DNA of 64,000 bases from Candidatus Levyibacteriota bacterium (GTDB taxonomy: Bacteria > Patescibacteriota > Microgenomatia > Levybacterales > UBA12049): positions 181,529 to 245,528 of the forward strand of contig CAVRKE010000001.1 of the NCBI GenBank assembly GCA_963722305.1. Direction: 5' to 3'. Shown piece by piece: positions 19,224-27,705 of the stretch (within the stretch, counting starts at the first letter, position 1; every line of letters starts with the position of its first letter). The notes below the pieces were generated by a model. The model made no database searches and was not told the origin of the DNA. It saw only the letters and a list, made by a program, of their open reading frames with translations. Made by a program: the position numbers and the translations under genes.

Positions 19224-19760
19224 ATGACAGAAGATGTTTGTCCGAAGTGCGGATCACCACTGGCGCCGGTTACCGAAACATCCAGTGGACGAAAATTACA
19301 GCGTTGTTCAACCGGCAGTTGGGATCCTAAAACCAGAACTAATGAAGGCTGCGACTACGTTAAATGGCTTCCGTTTGAACCGCAGGAGTTGGACGAAAAA
19401 TGCCCCAAATGCGGCGCTCCTTTGGTAATGCAGATGACCCGTTTTGGCAAAAAAATGAAAAAGTGCAGCGCTGGCACCTGGAATAAGGAAACCAAAAAAG
19501 CCGAAGGCTGCGACTACGTCGAATGGATTAACGGCACTACCCAAGCCACCGACGAGCTATGCCCACAATGTAAAAGTCCGCTGGTTTTATTTACCACTAA
19601 TGCCGGAAAGCGGATGAAAAAGTGTTCAACTGCCGGCTGGGACAGGGAAAAAAGAGTCGCCACCGGTTGTACGTACATAGAATGGCTTAAACCGGAAGCA
19701 AAAGCCAAAGAAGACAGTGGCGGCGAAGAATTTTTACCCCCTGAACCACAAGGTGAATAA
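19224..19760 (+). CDS. stand-alone protein made of three tandem topoisomerase-type C4 zinc-ribbon repeats
   Basis: Three repeats of about 45 aa with the pattern CP(K/Q)C-x-PL-x8-12-K(K/R)MKKCS-x-W-x9-GC-Y(V/I)EW, resembling the Zn-ribbon repeats at the C-terminus of topoisomerase I. The start is moved to MTEDVCPKCG. Confidence 0.5.
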   Translation: MTEDVCPKCGSPLAPVTETSSGRKLQRCSTGSWDPKTRTNEGCDYVKWLPFEPQELDEKCPKCGAPLVMQMTRFGKKMKKCSAGTWNKETKKAEGCDYVEWINGTTQATDELCPQCKSPLVLFTTNAGKRMKKCSTAGWDREKRVATGCTYIEWLKPEAKAKEDSGGEEFLPPEPQGE

Positions 19761-19825
19761 AACCCTGATATTGATTTGTAAGTTAGCTCACCGATTATTA
19801 GTATTGGCTATTCGATAATTAATCT

Positions 19826-21565
19826 ATGTTTTTACTATTGGCGTTTGCTTTTTTATCCGGTTTTGTCACTATCTTAACCCCCTGCATTTGGCCGCTCCTG
19901 CCGATTGTCTTATCCTCAAGCGTTACCGGAACCAGCCATCAGCGACCGCTGGGGGTGACCCTCGGTATTATGCTGAGCTTTGGCATTTTTACCTTAGTTA
20001 TTTCTTCATTGGTCAAACTACTAAATTTCGACCCGAATATTTTGCGCTTAATCTCGGTGGTTGTCATCGCAGTTTTAGGCATTAGCTTAATTATTCCGGC
20101 CGCCGGTGCCAAATTGGAATTGCTTATCAGCCGCTTATCCGCCATGTTTGGCGTTAAAACTCAACAGCAGGGAAACGGTTTTTGGCCGGGATTTATCACC
20201 GGTGTGGCTTTGGGAATTGTCTGGTCTCCATGTGCCGGACCGATATTGGCTGCCATCGCCGCGCTGGCCGCTACCGGAAAAATTACTTTTGACGCCGTTT
20301 TGGTAATTATTTTTTATGTTTTCGGTATTGGCTTACCGTTGTTTGTTTTTGCCTACGGCGGCCAGCAATTATTTGTCAGAACCAGATTTATCTCCCGTTA
20401 TACCGGCCGTATTCAACAAGTTTTCGGCGTAATTATGCTGTTAACTGCCTTGGCAATTTATACCAACTATGATGTGGCTTTTGAAACAAAACTCCTTGAT
20501 GCTTTCCCGGGGCTAAATACGACCTTAAACAACTTTGAAAATAACTCAACTGTTACTAATCAGCTGAATGTTTTAAAAGGCACAAGCCAATCAACGCCGC
20601 AAGCGACAAATAACAATACAGACCTATTTAACAGTAACTTACCTGCTCCGGATTTTTCGGGAGGCACAAATTGGCTTAATTCAAAACCGCTCACTATCGC
20701 CGAATTAAAAGGGAAAGTAGTGCTGGTTGATTTTTGGACTTACACCTGTATTAATTGTATCCGCACTTTGCCGCACATTACAGCTTGGTACGAAAAATAT
20801 AAAAATTTAGGGTTTGTGGTCATCGGAGTGCATACTCCGGAATTTCAGTTTGAACACGACACCGGCAACGTCCAAAATGCCATAAAAATGTTTGGCATTA
20901 ACTATCCGGTTGTTCAGGACAACAATTACGCTATTTGGAACGCTTACAATAACCAGTACTGGCCGGCCGAATATTTAATTGATTCAAACGGCAACATTCG
21001 CCGGGAAAATTTTGGCGAAGGAGATTACGACCAGACCGAAACTGCAATCCAAACGCTATTACAACAAGCGGGGAAAACCGTTCCGAAATCGATACTGAAA
21101 ATTCCTGACCAGACGCCGCAGGAACAAATCTCGCCGGAAACATATCTAAATTCCCAGCGTATGCAATATTATTATCCCGGTGGCAACACCGGTAACACCA
21201 GTGCCAATTTTACCTTATCCAATAATTTGCCGGTTAATGCTTTTAGTTTCGGTGGGAAATGGACAATCGATGCTAATAGCGCTACTGCCGGGAATAATGC
21301 AAGTTTAAATTATAATTTTTATGCTAACAAAGTGTTTTTAGTCTTAAATCGGGGTTCAACAAACCAGGCTAAAATAAAAATATTTTTGGATGGCCATTTG
21401 GTCGATAAAACCTTTGCAGGAGGAGATGTCGTCAATGGGGAAGTTGTAATTGATTCGGATCGTCTTTATAATTTAATCGATTTAAAAGGCAATCCCGGCA
21501 ACCATATTTTAGAGATTCAATTTGAAACTCAGGGAATAAAAGCTTTTGCCTTTACTTTTGGCTAG
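19826..21565 (+). CDS. fused CcdA/DsbD-type membrane domain and TlpA/ResA-like thioredoxin domain, with a C-terminal extension of unknown function
   Basis: 579 aa. N-terminal polytopic region with paired Cys (LTPCIWP, WSPCAGP). Redoxin domain with CxxC (FWTYTCINCIRTLP). About 150 aa of unassigned C-terminus. Confidence 0.7.
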   Translation: MFLLLAFAFLSGFVTILTPCIWPLLPIVLSSSVTGTSHQRPLGVTLGIMLSFGIFTLVISSLVKLLNFDPNILRLISVVVIAVLGISLIIPAAGAKLELLISRLSAMFGVKTQQQGNGFWPGFITGVALGIVWSPCAGPILAAIAALAATGKITFDAVLVIIFYVFGIGLPLFVFAYGGQQLFVRTRFISRYTGRIQQVFGVIMLLTALAIYTNYDVAFETKLLDAFPGLNTTLNNFENNSTVTNQLNVLKGTSQSTPQATNNNTDLFNSNLPAPDFSGGTNWLNSKPLTIAELKGKVVLVDFWTYTCINCIRTLPHITAWYEKYKNLGFVVIGVHTPEFQFEHDTGNVQNAIKMFGINYPVVQDNNYAIWNAYNNQYWPAEYLIDSNGNIRRENFGEGDYDQTETAIQTLLQQAGKTVPKSILKIPDQTPQEQISPETYLNSQRMQYYYPGGNTGNTSANFTLSNNLPVNAFSFGGKWTIDANSATAGNNASLNYNFYANKVFLVLNRGSTNQAKIKIFLDGHLVDKTFAGGDVVNGEVVIDSDRLYNLIDLKGNPGNHILEIQFETQGIKAFAFTFG

Positions 21566-21646
21566 TACCGCAAACGTTTCCGCCTAGCCTTGGAACAGCT
21601 CTCCAGCTTAAATGCCATTGGAGAATAAAAAAACAATCAGTTCGAA

Positions 21647-21850
21647 TTACTTTTGTGCAATTTCATCAATAATCAAATAAAGATCATTGATTTTATCCGC
21701 TAACATTTTCTCTATAACTGCCCTTTTTGTATCGAGATCGGGATAACGTATACTTTCGTAGTCATCAAAAGAAATCTTAAAATTATTAAAATAACTATTG
21801 GCTGATTGTTTGGCTTTTGCTGATTTCGGTTTGAAATTTTTTATCTTCAA
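21647..21850 (-). CDS. hypothetical small protein
   Basis: 67-aa ORF with no motif, at the island boundary. Confidence 0.2.
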   Translation of the reverse strand: MKIKNFKPKSAKAKQSANSYFNNFKISFDDYESIRYPDLDTKRAVIEKMLADKINDLYLIIDEIAQK

Positions 21851-22004
21851 GTGTATACACCTCTTTTCGCAGATAAATTTAGTTAAATTTAATCTTGCCG
21901 ATTATTAGTGGGAAAGTATAGCAGAAATGTGCAAATTTGTCAACTATAGGTCTTTGCACTCGAGGTTTCAGATAATGATCCTTAGGTTAAACCAGTTTTT
22001 CAGC

Positions 22005-22256
22005 TTAATTGCTAGTAGGGAGTGGAGTTTCTTCCGTTAAGTCAGAGATTGCAATCTCCATCCTTGCCATTATTTCATCTGGTTCGTTAGGGTCACAAAA
22101 TCCATTATATTGAATTTCAACGGATGCTATACCATTATATCCATGAGTATGTCTTGTTGCTGGTCTTTTAAAAGTATCATAAAAGATATCACCATCAGGT
22201 TCTATGAAAGCATGGGATGGACCTATTTTGTAGGGACGTTTTTCGTATTCTGGCAT
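22005..22256 (-). CDS. hypothetical small protein (weak resemblance to the UPF0150/HicB-like antitoxin fold)
   Basis: 83 aa. FIEPDGDIFY...DPNEPDEIMARMEIAISDLTEE loosely resembles the HicB N-domain pattern. It is flanked by two copies of the motif TTGTCAACTATRGG. Confidence 0.25.
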   Translation of the reverse strand: MPEYEKRPYKIGPSHAFIEPDGDIFYDTFKRPATRHTHGYNGIASVEIQYNGFCDPNEPDEIMARMEIAISDLTEETPLPTSN

Positions 22257-22334
22257 AAGTGGATTATAATTACGAGTGTAAGAATTGTCAACTATGGGAC
22301 TTAGTACCGCGTGCGCACTTTATCAAGTACGTCG

Positions 22335-22380
22335 CTCCGATGAGCTCCGGGAGTCGAACCCACGATCTTCTCAGGATTCT
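22335..22380 (-). pseudogene. degenerate tRNA fragment (T-arm region identical over 18 nt to tRNA-Glu at 27582-27655)
   Basis: The minus strand reads ATCGTGGGTTCGACTCCC, identical to the tRNA-Glu T-arm. The T-stem 3' strand is mutated (CCCGG instead of CCCAC) and there is no intact acceptor or 5' half. Confidence 0.4.
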
Positions 22381-22434
22381 CCTACCATTCCGATAAGAAA
22401 CTTTTTCAAAGCAAAAAGCCAATGGGATTTTTCA

Positions 22435-22545
22435 GTGAGCTATATGGTTCCAGCCTGGAACCCCTGTTTAAAAGTCTCACAAAAATATACTTTAAATTAC
22501 TTGAACTAGGCTTAGTATATCATGAAAAGGAGGTAAAATGAACCC
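22435..22545 (+). repeat. 111-bp repeat, copy 1: promoter/RBS/start-codon cassette with the internal palindrome GGTTCCAG-N-CTGGAACC; an inverted copy lies at 45691-45802
   Basis: About 95% identical to the reverse complement of 45691-45802. Contains TTTAAA-16nt-TAGTAT, GGAGG and ATGAACCC, the start of the PLD-like gene. Confidence 0.85.
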
Positions 22546-22987
22546 TTTCCCCTCATCAAGGTTATATGACGAAAAGACGTTTTACCAAGCCTTCTTAAGA
22601 GACCTAGAGGGTTGTAGGAGTGAGGTAATCATCGAAAGCCCGTATATTACCAGTAAAAGAGCTGAAATGTTAATTCCTATATTCGACGACCTTTTAACTA
22701 AAGGTGTCAAAATCTATGTCATTACCAGGGATCCTCAAGAACATGAGGAAAATATGGAATATCAGTCCGAAGAGGCTATATCGTTATTTGAACATATGGG
22801 AATACAAGTCTTACTTTGTATTGGCAATCATCACCGAAAACTGGCCATATTAGACAGAAAAATACTTTGGGAAGGAAGTTTAAATATTCTTTCGCAGAAT
22901 CACAGTCGGGAAATAATGAGAAGGATTGAGAGCAAACAGTTGGCAATAGAGATGTTTGAGTTTTTGAGACTTTATAGATTTATATAG
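22538..22987 (+). CDS. phospholipase D (HKD) superfamily nuclease-like protein
   Basis: 149 aa with a single HxK(x)4D motif (NHHRKLAILD) plus the downstream GSxN (EGSLNI), typical of small Nuc-type PLD nucleases that act as dimers. Confidence 0.65.
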   Translation: MNPFPSSRLYDEKTFYQAFLRDLEGCRSEVIIESPYITSKRAEMLIPIFDDLLTKGVKIYVITRDPQEHEENMEYQSEEAISLFEHMGIQVLLCIGNHHRKLAILDRKILWEGSLNILSQNHSREIMRRIESKQLAIEMFEFLRLYRFI

Positions 22988-23003
22988 GAACTCAAGATGT
23001 ACG

Positions 23004-23477
23004 CTACCTGAGAGGTAGTTCATGTGGTAGTTTCAGTTCCTTAGCAATTACGCTAGCTTGTTTTTTTGTTTCCTCAATCCGTTGTTTGTTATCTGACGCA
23101 ATTGCTTTCCAGTAAGCAATTTTTATGTCAACATATCTTTGTCGAAGCTCTTCATAGTGTACCTTTTCAACGAGGTGTATTTTTTGCTTTTCAAGTAATT
23201 TTATTTGTTCATCTGCAGCATCTGGACCTATGCTGCGATTCTTGAGGTATGTTCGCATATCTTCAATTGATAATCCTGTCGCATTAAGGCAGGCGACAGA
23301 AATTACAAGGTTAACATCGTCTTCCGTGTATGTTCTGTGTTTGCTGCTTTCGTCACGATGGATTGGGTGAATTAATCCTATTGTTTCGTAATAACGAAGA
23401 GTGCTTTCAGGAAGCCCACTTAACTTGGCAGCTTCTCTAATTGTATATGTTTGTGAATTATTTCTTTGCATGTTCAC
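23004..23477 (-). CDS. MerR-family transcriptional regulator
   Basis: N-terminal MerR HTH (YTIREAAKLSGLPESTLRYYETIGLI) and a C-terminal coiled-coil dimerisation helix. Confidence 0.8.
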   Translation of the reverse strand: MNMQRNNSQTYTIREAAKLSGLPESTLRYYETIGLIHPIHRDESSKHRTYTEDDVNLVISVACLNATGLSIEDMRTYLKNRSIGPDAADEQIKLLEKQKIHLVEKVHYEELRQRYVDIKIAYWKAIASDNKQRIEETKKQASVIAKELKLPHELPLR

Positions 23478-23480
23478 TTA

Positions 23481-24137
23481 TTATACATCCGCTTTAAGTT
23501 TCTCAAATGCTTCGCTCCAATTATCAATTTGATTATCTCCGCTATACAGTTCGAAAGTTTTTCCTAGTGATTGTGGGTTTTCTAATGCGGCCACAATGAC
23601 TTTACCAAGTGTAACCCCGGATATATCATTTCTTCTGCCGGTATACTGATCACCCTGTTCTAAAGATATACCTTCCCCATTTTCTTCATCTCCAATAACC
23701 CATGCAGGACGGATAATAGTGTATAAGAATCCTGATTGCCGTATTAGTTCTTCTGCTTTAAGTTTTGCCTTGTTATAATCTGGCATTCTTTCAATTTCTG
23801 TAATTCCAATATGACCCATAAAAATAATATGAGCATTTCGCGGTGCTACCTTTAGGACATTTTTTACACCTTCAACGTAAACTTCATTAAGCTGTTCTGG
23901 ATCCCGGCTTGATTCGACGCTAATTACGATTCCCATTGCGTTTTGAAGTGCTGGTTTTAAAGATTCAATATTAGTAATACTTCCTATAACATACGAAATA
24001 TTACCTTCATCCGGTTGAGTATGTCTTGCCAATACTGTAACAAGTGCTCCTTTTTTAGCTGCCTGCCTAACTGAATTATGTCCAAGCCATCCGGTACCTC
24101 CTATGACGACGATTTTTTCGCCTTTAATAGATTTCAT
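23481..24137 (-). CDS. NAD(P)H-binding oxidoreductase (NmrA/atypical SDR-like)
   Basis: Rossmann motif IVVIGGTGWLGHN at the N-terminus. 218 aa. Confidence 0.6.
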   Translation of the reverse strand: MKSIKGEKIVVIGGTGWLGHNSVRQAAKKGALVTVLARHTQPDEGNISYVIGSITNIESLKPALQNAMGIVISVESSRDPEQLNEVYVEGVKNVLKVAPRNAHIIFMGHIGITEIERMPDYNKAKLKAEELIRQSGFLYTIIRPAWVIGDEENGEGISLEQGDQYTGRRNDISGVTLGKVIVAALENPQSLGKTFELYSGDNQIDNWSEAFEKLKADV

Positions 24138-24155
24138 ATTTATAAATGATTTGAG

Positions 24156-25001
24156 TTATTTTTTAGGATTAAGTTCTCCAAACCAATATGAAGCTGTAAC
24201 ACCGCCATCAATTAAAAAGTCGCTTCCTGTAATAAATCCTCCCTCAGGCCCCATGATAAAAGCTGCAAGACTAGCTACTTCTTCCGGAGTGCCACTTCGT
24301 TTTGCGGATGATAATTCAATCATTCTTCGGTATCCTTCTCCCCTTGGCCCTTTTAGTTCATCATTAGCAAGTGGCGTCATAATGATTCCCGGGCTAATAG
24401 TATTTACTCTGGCTCCACGCTTTCCCCAGAGGACCGCTTCTGCCATTACTCTAAGCGAGTTTCCTCGTTTTGAGATTTGATAAGCATGAAGTGAGTCAGT
24501 AATTTTATCTAACTGAAGAAAGGGAAGCGAAAGTAATTCTTCAATTGGGGTTGTTGCCAAGGCCTTATCCTCTTCTGGTGTTAGTGCGGGAAGACGATGT
24601 CCTGACATTGAAGAGATAACAACACCACTACCACCATTTGCTATAATTTTTCCAAATTCTTCAAGAACAACAGCGGTTCCATACAAATCAACATGTAATA
24701 TTGCTTCGGGTGATGCTTGAGACGGAGAAACTCCAGCAGCATGGATAACATGAGTAATTTCACCAATTTTTTTTGCGGTTTCAACAAGTTGGCGTACTGA
24801 GTCACGGGAAGAGACATCTACTGTTGCTGTGCTTACTTCAAATCCTGTATCACTAAATTCCTTTGCTGCCTTTTCAACACTTTCCTGACGTCTGCTAGCC
24901 AGTAATACATGTTTACCCGCACCAACTCTTCTTGCAATTGCTTGCCCAATTACTCCTGCTCCAACAACAACTACTACATTTTTTAAATCTGGATTTTTCA
25001 T
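24156..25001 (-). CDS. short-chain dehydrogenase/reductase (SDR) family oxidoreductase
   Basis: Glycine-rich cofactor site (VVVVGAGVIGQAIA) and a YxxxK catalytic motif (YQISKRG). Confidence 0.75.
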   Translation of the reverse strand: MKNPDLKNVVVVVGAGVIGQAIARRVGAGKHVLLASRRQESVEKAAKEFSDTGFEVSTATVDVSSRDSVRQLVETAKKIGEITHVIHAAGVSPSQASPEAILHVDLYGTAVVLEEFGKIIANGGSGVVISSMSGHRLPALTPEEDKALATTPIEELLSLPFLQLDKITDSLHAYQISKRGNSLRVMAEAVLWGKRGARVNTISPGIIMTPLANDELKGPRGEGYRRMIELSSAKRSGTPEEVASLAAFIMGPEGGFITGSDFLIDGGVTASYWFGELNPKK

Positions 25002-25005
25002 ACAC

Positions 25006-26037
25006 CTAATTTTTAATTTGTACTTTTATAGCTTTACGTTTGTCCATTGCCTCATATCCTTTTGCCAAATCAGAAAGCGGCAGCGTCAAATCAAATATTG
25101 GAGATGGGTCAAGTTTGCCTGAAAGAACATCTTTCAATAATTCTGGCGTATACGATGCGGTTGGTGCAATGCCGCCTCCGATTGTAACGTTTCTCCAAAA
25201 TATATCATTTACTTTTATATCAGGTACATCTTCAGGGATTCCTACGCATCCGATTCTTCCACCGGGTCTTACCATGCCCATTGCCATACTTCGAGCATCT
25301 TTTCCTCCCACACATTCCAAAACACAATCAGCACCAACCTCTGTTAGCTCTTTGACTTTGTCTATGCCTTCTTGTCCACGTAATGCGACAATATCTGTTG
25401 CGCCGAAGAGTTTTCCTACCTTTTGACGATCTTTGTGTCTACTCATCAAAATTATCTTTTTGGCGCCAAGTCTTTTACTCGCAAGTACTCCACAAAGACC
25501 AACCGCTCCATCTCCAACAACTGCAACAGTTTTTCCTTTTGAAACTCCTGCTGAAACAGCTGCATGATGACCGGTTCCCATCACATCAGATAACGCGAGA
25601 ATTGCCGGTATTAGTTTTTTATTTGTTTTTTTGGGAAAAGTGAAGAGATTAGCATCTGCAAAGGGAACCCTTAGTTTTTCTGCTTGGCAACCGGTTGTGC
25701 CTTTATTACCCCAATTACTTCCGTTGATACATTGACTGCTCATCCCTTTTTGACACAAAATGCATTTTCCGTCACACCATGAGAATGGACCAACAGCTAA
25801 ATCTCCAACCTTAACATTTTTAACGTCTTTTCCAACTTCAATAACCTCTCCCATGAACTCATGACCGATTCTCGTACCTGCTTCTCTTTTGAGAATGCCA
25901 CGATACCACCATAGATCAGACCCGCAAATGCAGGTATTAGTTATCTTAATAACCGCATCAGTTGAATTTTCAATTTTTGGGTCCGGTACCTCTTCTACTC
26001 GAATGTCATGGGGTCCGTAAAATATCCCTGCTTTCAT
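25006..26037 (-). CDS. zinc-dependent alcohol dehydrogenase (MDR superfamily)
   Basis: GHEFMGEVIEVG zinc-binding signature, a structural-Zn Cys cluster (CDGKCILCQKG...C) and the GxGxxG motif (VVGDGAVGL). Confidence 0.8.
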   Translation of the reverse strand: MKAGIFYGPHDIRVEEVPDPKIENSTDAVIKITNTCICGSDLWWYRGILKREAGTRIGHEFMGEVIEVGKDVKNVKVGDLAVGPFSWCDGKCILCQKGMSSQCINGSNWGNKGTTGCQAEKLRVPFADANLFTFPKKTNKKLIPAILALSDVMGTGHHAAVSAGVSKGKTVAVVGDGAVGLCGVLASKRLGAKKIILMSRHKDRQKVGKLFGATDIVALRGQEGIDKVKELTEVGADCVLECVGGKDARSMAMGMVRPGGRIGCVGIPEDVPDIKVNDIFWRNVTIGGGIAPTASYTPELLKDVLSGKLDPSPIFDLTLPLSDLAKGYEAMDKRKAIKVQIKN

Positions 26038-26423
26038 GATCGGTATACCTCCTCAGATACTGGTTCTAGCCAGGTAACATCTCCATAAGTAATTGCTAAG
26101 TGACACATTTTATTTTGCTCGTCGGGATGTGCTCCATGCCAGTGTTCTGTGTTAGCGGGAATATATACGACATCACCCGGATCAGCATTGACTATTTCTT
26201 GCCCCTTTAATTGAACTCGTCCTAGCCCCTCAAGAAAATAGAGTACTTGCTCTCCACTATGTTTATGCCATACCGTACGTGCGCCCTTTTCAAAAGTTAC
26301 CCGTCCTACCATTGATGATCCGGAATCTGCTTTAGTAACGTATTGAATATGAGTTGTACCGGTAAAATTTTCCAGCGCTCCTTGTTGTTCTGGAATATCT
26401 GTAGCGTGAATATGTTTTGTCAT
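26034..26423 (-). CDS. cupin-domain protein
   Basis: 129 aa with two cupin motifs (HKHSGEQVLYFLEG ... GDVVYIPANTEHWHGA). It overlaps the ADH gene by 4 nt, suggesting an operon. Confidence 0.65.
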   Translation of the reverse strand: MTKHIHATDIPEQQGALENFTGTTHIQYVTKADSGSSMVGRVTFEKGARTVWHKHSGEQVLYFLEGLGRVQLKGQEIVNADPGDVVYIPANTEHWHGAHPDEQNKMCHLAITYGDVTWLEPVSEEVYRS

Positions 26424-26496
26424 AAGGTTATACTAACAACTTAAAGTACTTTAAGTCAAGTACTCAATACACTCTAACTTTTTTATAATGTCTCAT

Positions 26497-26540
26497 TATT
26501 GGGTTCGAATCCCAAACGGCGTGAGGCTAGAAATATAGGA
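26497..26540 (+). repeat. tRNA-3'-end-like fragment (TTGGG-TTCGAAT-CCCAA-ACGGCGTG plus 18 nt); an inverted near-identical copy lies at 43171-43211
   Basis: About 39 of 41 nt identical to the reverse complement of 43171-43211. It contains a perfect T-arm but has no tRNA 5' half upstream. Confidence 0.8.
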
Positions 26541-26617
26541 TGCGATAGGATTTTAAGGCAATATCTGGAACTTGTTTTAGCTTCAATTCTGAGGATAATA
26601 CCAAGATGCGTAAAAAG

Positions 26618-26689
26618 TGAGCCGGGTGGGATTCGAACCCACGACCAAGAGCTTAAAAGGCTCCTGCTCTACCGCTGAGCTACCGGCCC
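26618..26689 (-). tRNA. tRNA-Lys (anticodon TTT)
   Basis: Hand-folded cloverleaf: acceptor GGGCCGG/CCGGCTC with one G-U pair, D-arm GCTC-AGCGGTA-GAGC, anticodon loop CTTTTAA, T-arm GTGGG-TTCGAAT-CCCAC, discriminator A. Confidence 0.8.
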
Positions 26690-26864
26690 CAAATGGGATA
26701 AACCTCACGGTTTTTCCCAACGATTTCCCTCTAGGGATAGCAAAATCGGCACTCACAATCCAACAATTTTGCTCGTCTTATTATAGCAACCCATGTTCTC
26801 CTTGACAAGCGAAAGGTAGCGGGTATAGACTGACGTTAGTTTAAAAAAAGAGGGGAGGTGAAAA

Positions 26865-27527
26865 ATGCCTAACATTGGAGTTACTCTAACTGCCTCCTTT
26901 AACAGCGCTTTCTACGCGGTTGTAAATTTTATCCCCAAATTCCTGGCCGGTGCAATTATCTTAATTGTTGGAATAATAATTGCTTCGATATTAAGACAAC
27001 TGATTGTCACTTTATTTAAAGTGTTAAAAGTTGAAAAATATCTGAAAAAATATGGCGTGCCGGAAGCAGGGGAAGCATTTACCTGGACAAACATTCTGGC
27101 GGAATTAGTGAGGTGGTTTGTCATTATTCTTTTCTTAATTCCGACAGCAGATGTTTGGGGTTTGCCGCAAATAATCGCTGTTTTAAATGAATTCCTGACC
27201 TATCTGCCAAATGTTTTTGTCGCTGCGGTGATTGCGATGGTCGGTTTTGCTTTTGCCAGGCTCGCCCATGACATAATTTTGGCGTCGGCAAAAGGAGTTG
27301 ATAATCAAACGGCCGGAACAATTGCAAACGTTACCCGCTGGGCAATCAGCGTTTTTGTCGTTTTGGCAGTTTTAAGCCAACTCGGAGTAGCAACAGACCT
27401 GATTAGAATCTTATTCACAGGATTAGTTGCGATGTTGGCGATTGCCGGAGGAATCGCGTTTGGCTTTGGCGGTCAAAAAACCGCTCAGGATATTGTTGAA
27501 GGAATCAGAAAAAGACTGACCAAATAA
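26865..27527 (+). CDS. membrane protein with repeated conserved TM-helix modules (MscS-N-terminal-like)
   Basis: 220 aa made of two similar halves, each with paired TM helices. A GGAGG ribosome-binding site lies upstream. Confidence 0.4.
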   Translation: MPNIGVTLTASFNSAFYAVVNFIPKFLAGAIILIVGIIIASILRQLIVTLFKVLKVEKYLKKYGVPEAGEAFTWTNILAELVRWFVIILFLIPTADVWGLPQIIAVLNEFLTYLPNVFVAAVIAMVGFAFARLAHDIILASAKGVDNQTAGTIANVTRWAISVFVVLAVLSQLGVATDLIRILFTGLVAMLAIAGGIAFGFGGQKTAQDIVEGIRKRLTK

Positions 27528-27581
27528 GGTTTGCCCTAAGAATGGGTTTAAGGTATAATATTGGTGCTGTTACTAACTAAT

Positions 27582-27655
27582 GGCGCCATCGTCTAGTGGT
27601 CTAGGACACAGGGTTTTCATCCCTGGAATCGTGGGTTCGACTCCCACTGGCGTCA
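27582..27655 (+). tRNA. tRNA-Glu (anticodon TTC)
   Basis: Hand-folded: acceptor GGCGCCA/TGGCGTC with one G-U pair, anticodon stem CAGGG/CCCTG with loop TTTTCAT, T-arm GTGGG-TTCGACT-CCCAC, discriminator A. Confidence 0.8.
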
Positions 27656-27705
27656 CATAATCCTATAGTTGAACTTCTCCCAATTTTCTGCTAGACTCTC
27701 CAATT

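Noticed and set aside
21647-21850. HicA-like toxin partner for the possible HicB-like 83-aa protein
   Set aside because: The ORF has no HicA signature (no GSH motif or dsRBD-like pattern), so no TA pair is claimed.
22290-22400. Intact minus-strand tRNA suggested by the GGGTTCGACTCCC T-arm
   Set aside because: Only the T-arm region is conserved. The T-stem 3' strand is mutated and no acceptor, D-arm or anticodon arm can be folded. It is called a tRNA-derived fragment instead.
26617-26805. 62-aa plus-strand ORF (MSRVGFEPTTKSL...)
   Set aside because: It is the reverse-complement reading of tRNA-Lys-TTT (GFEPT is the translation of the T-arm), so it is not a gene.
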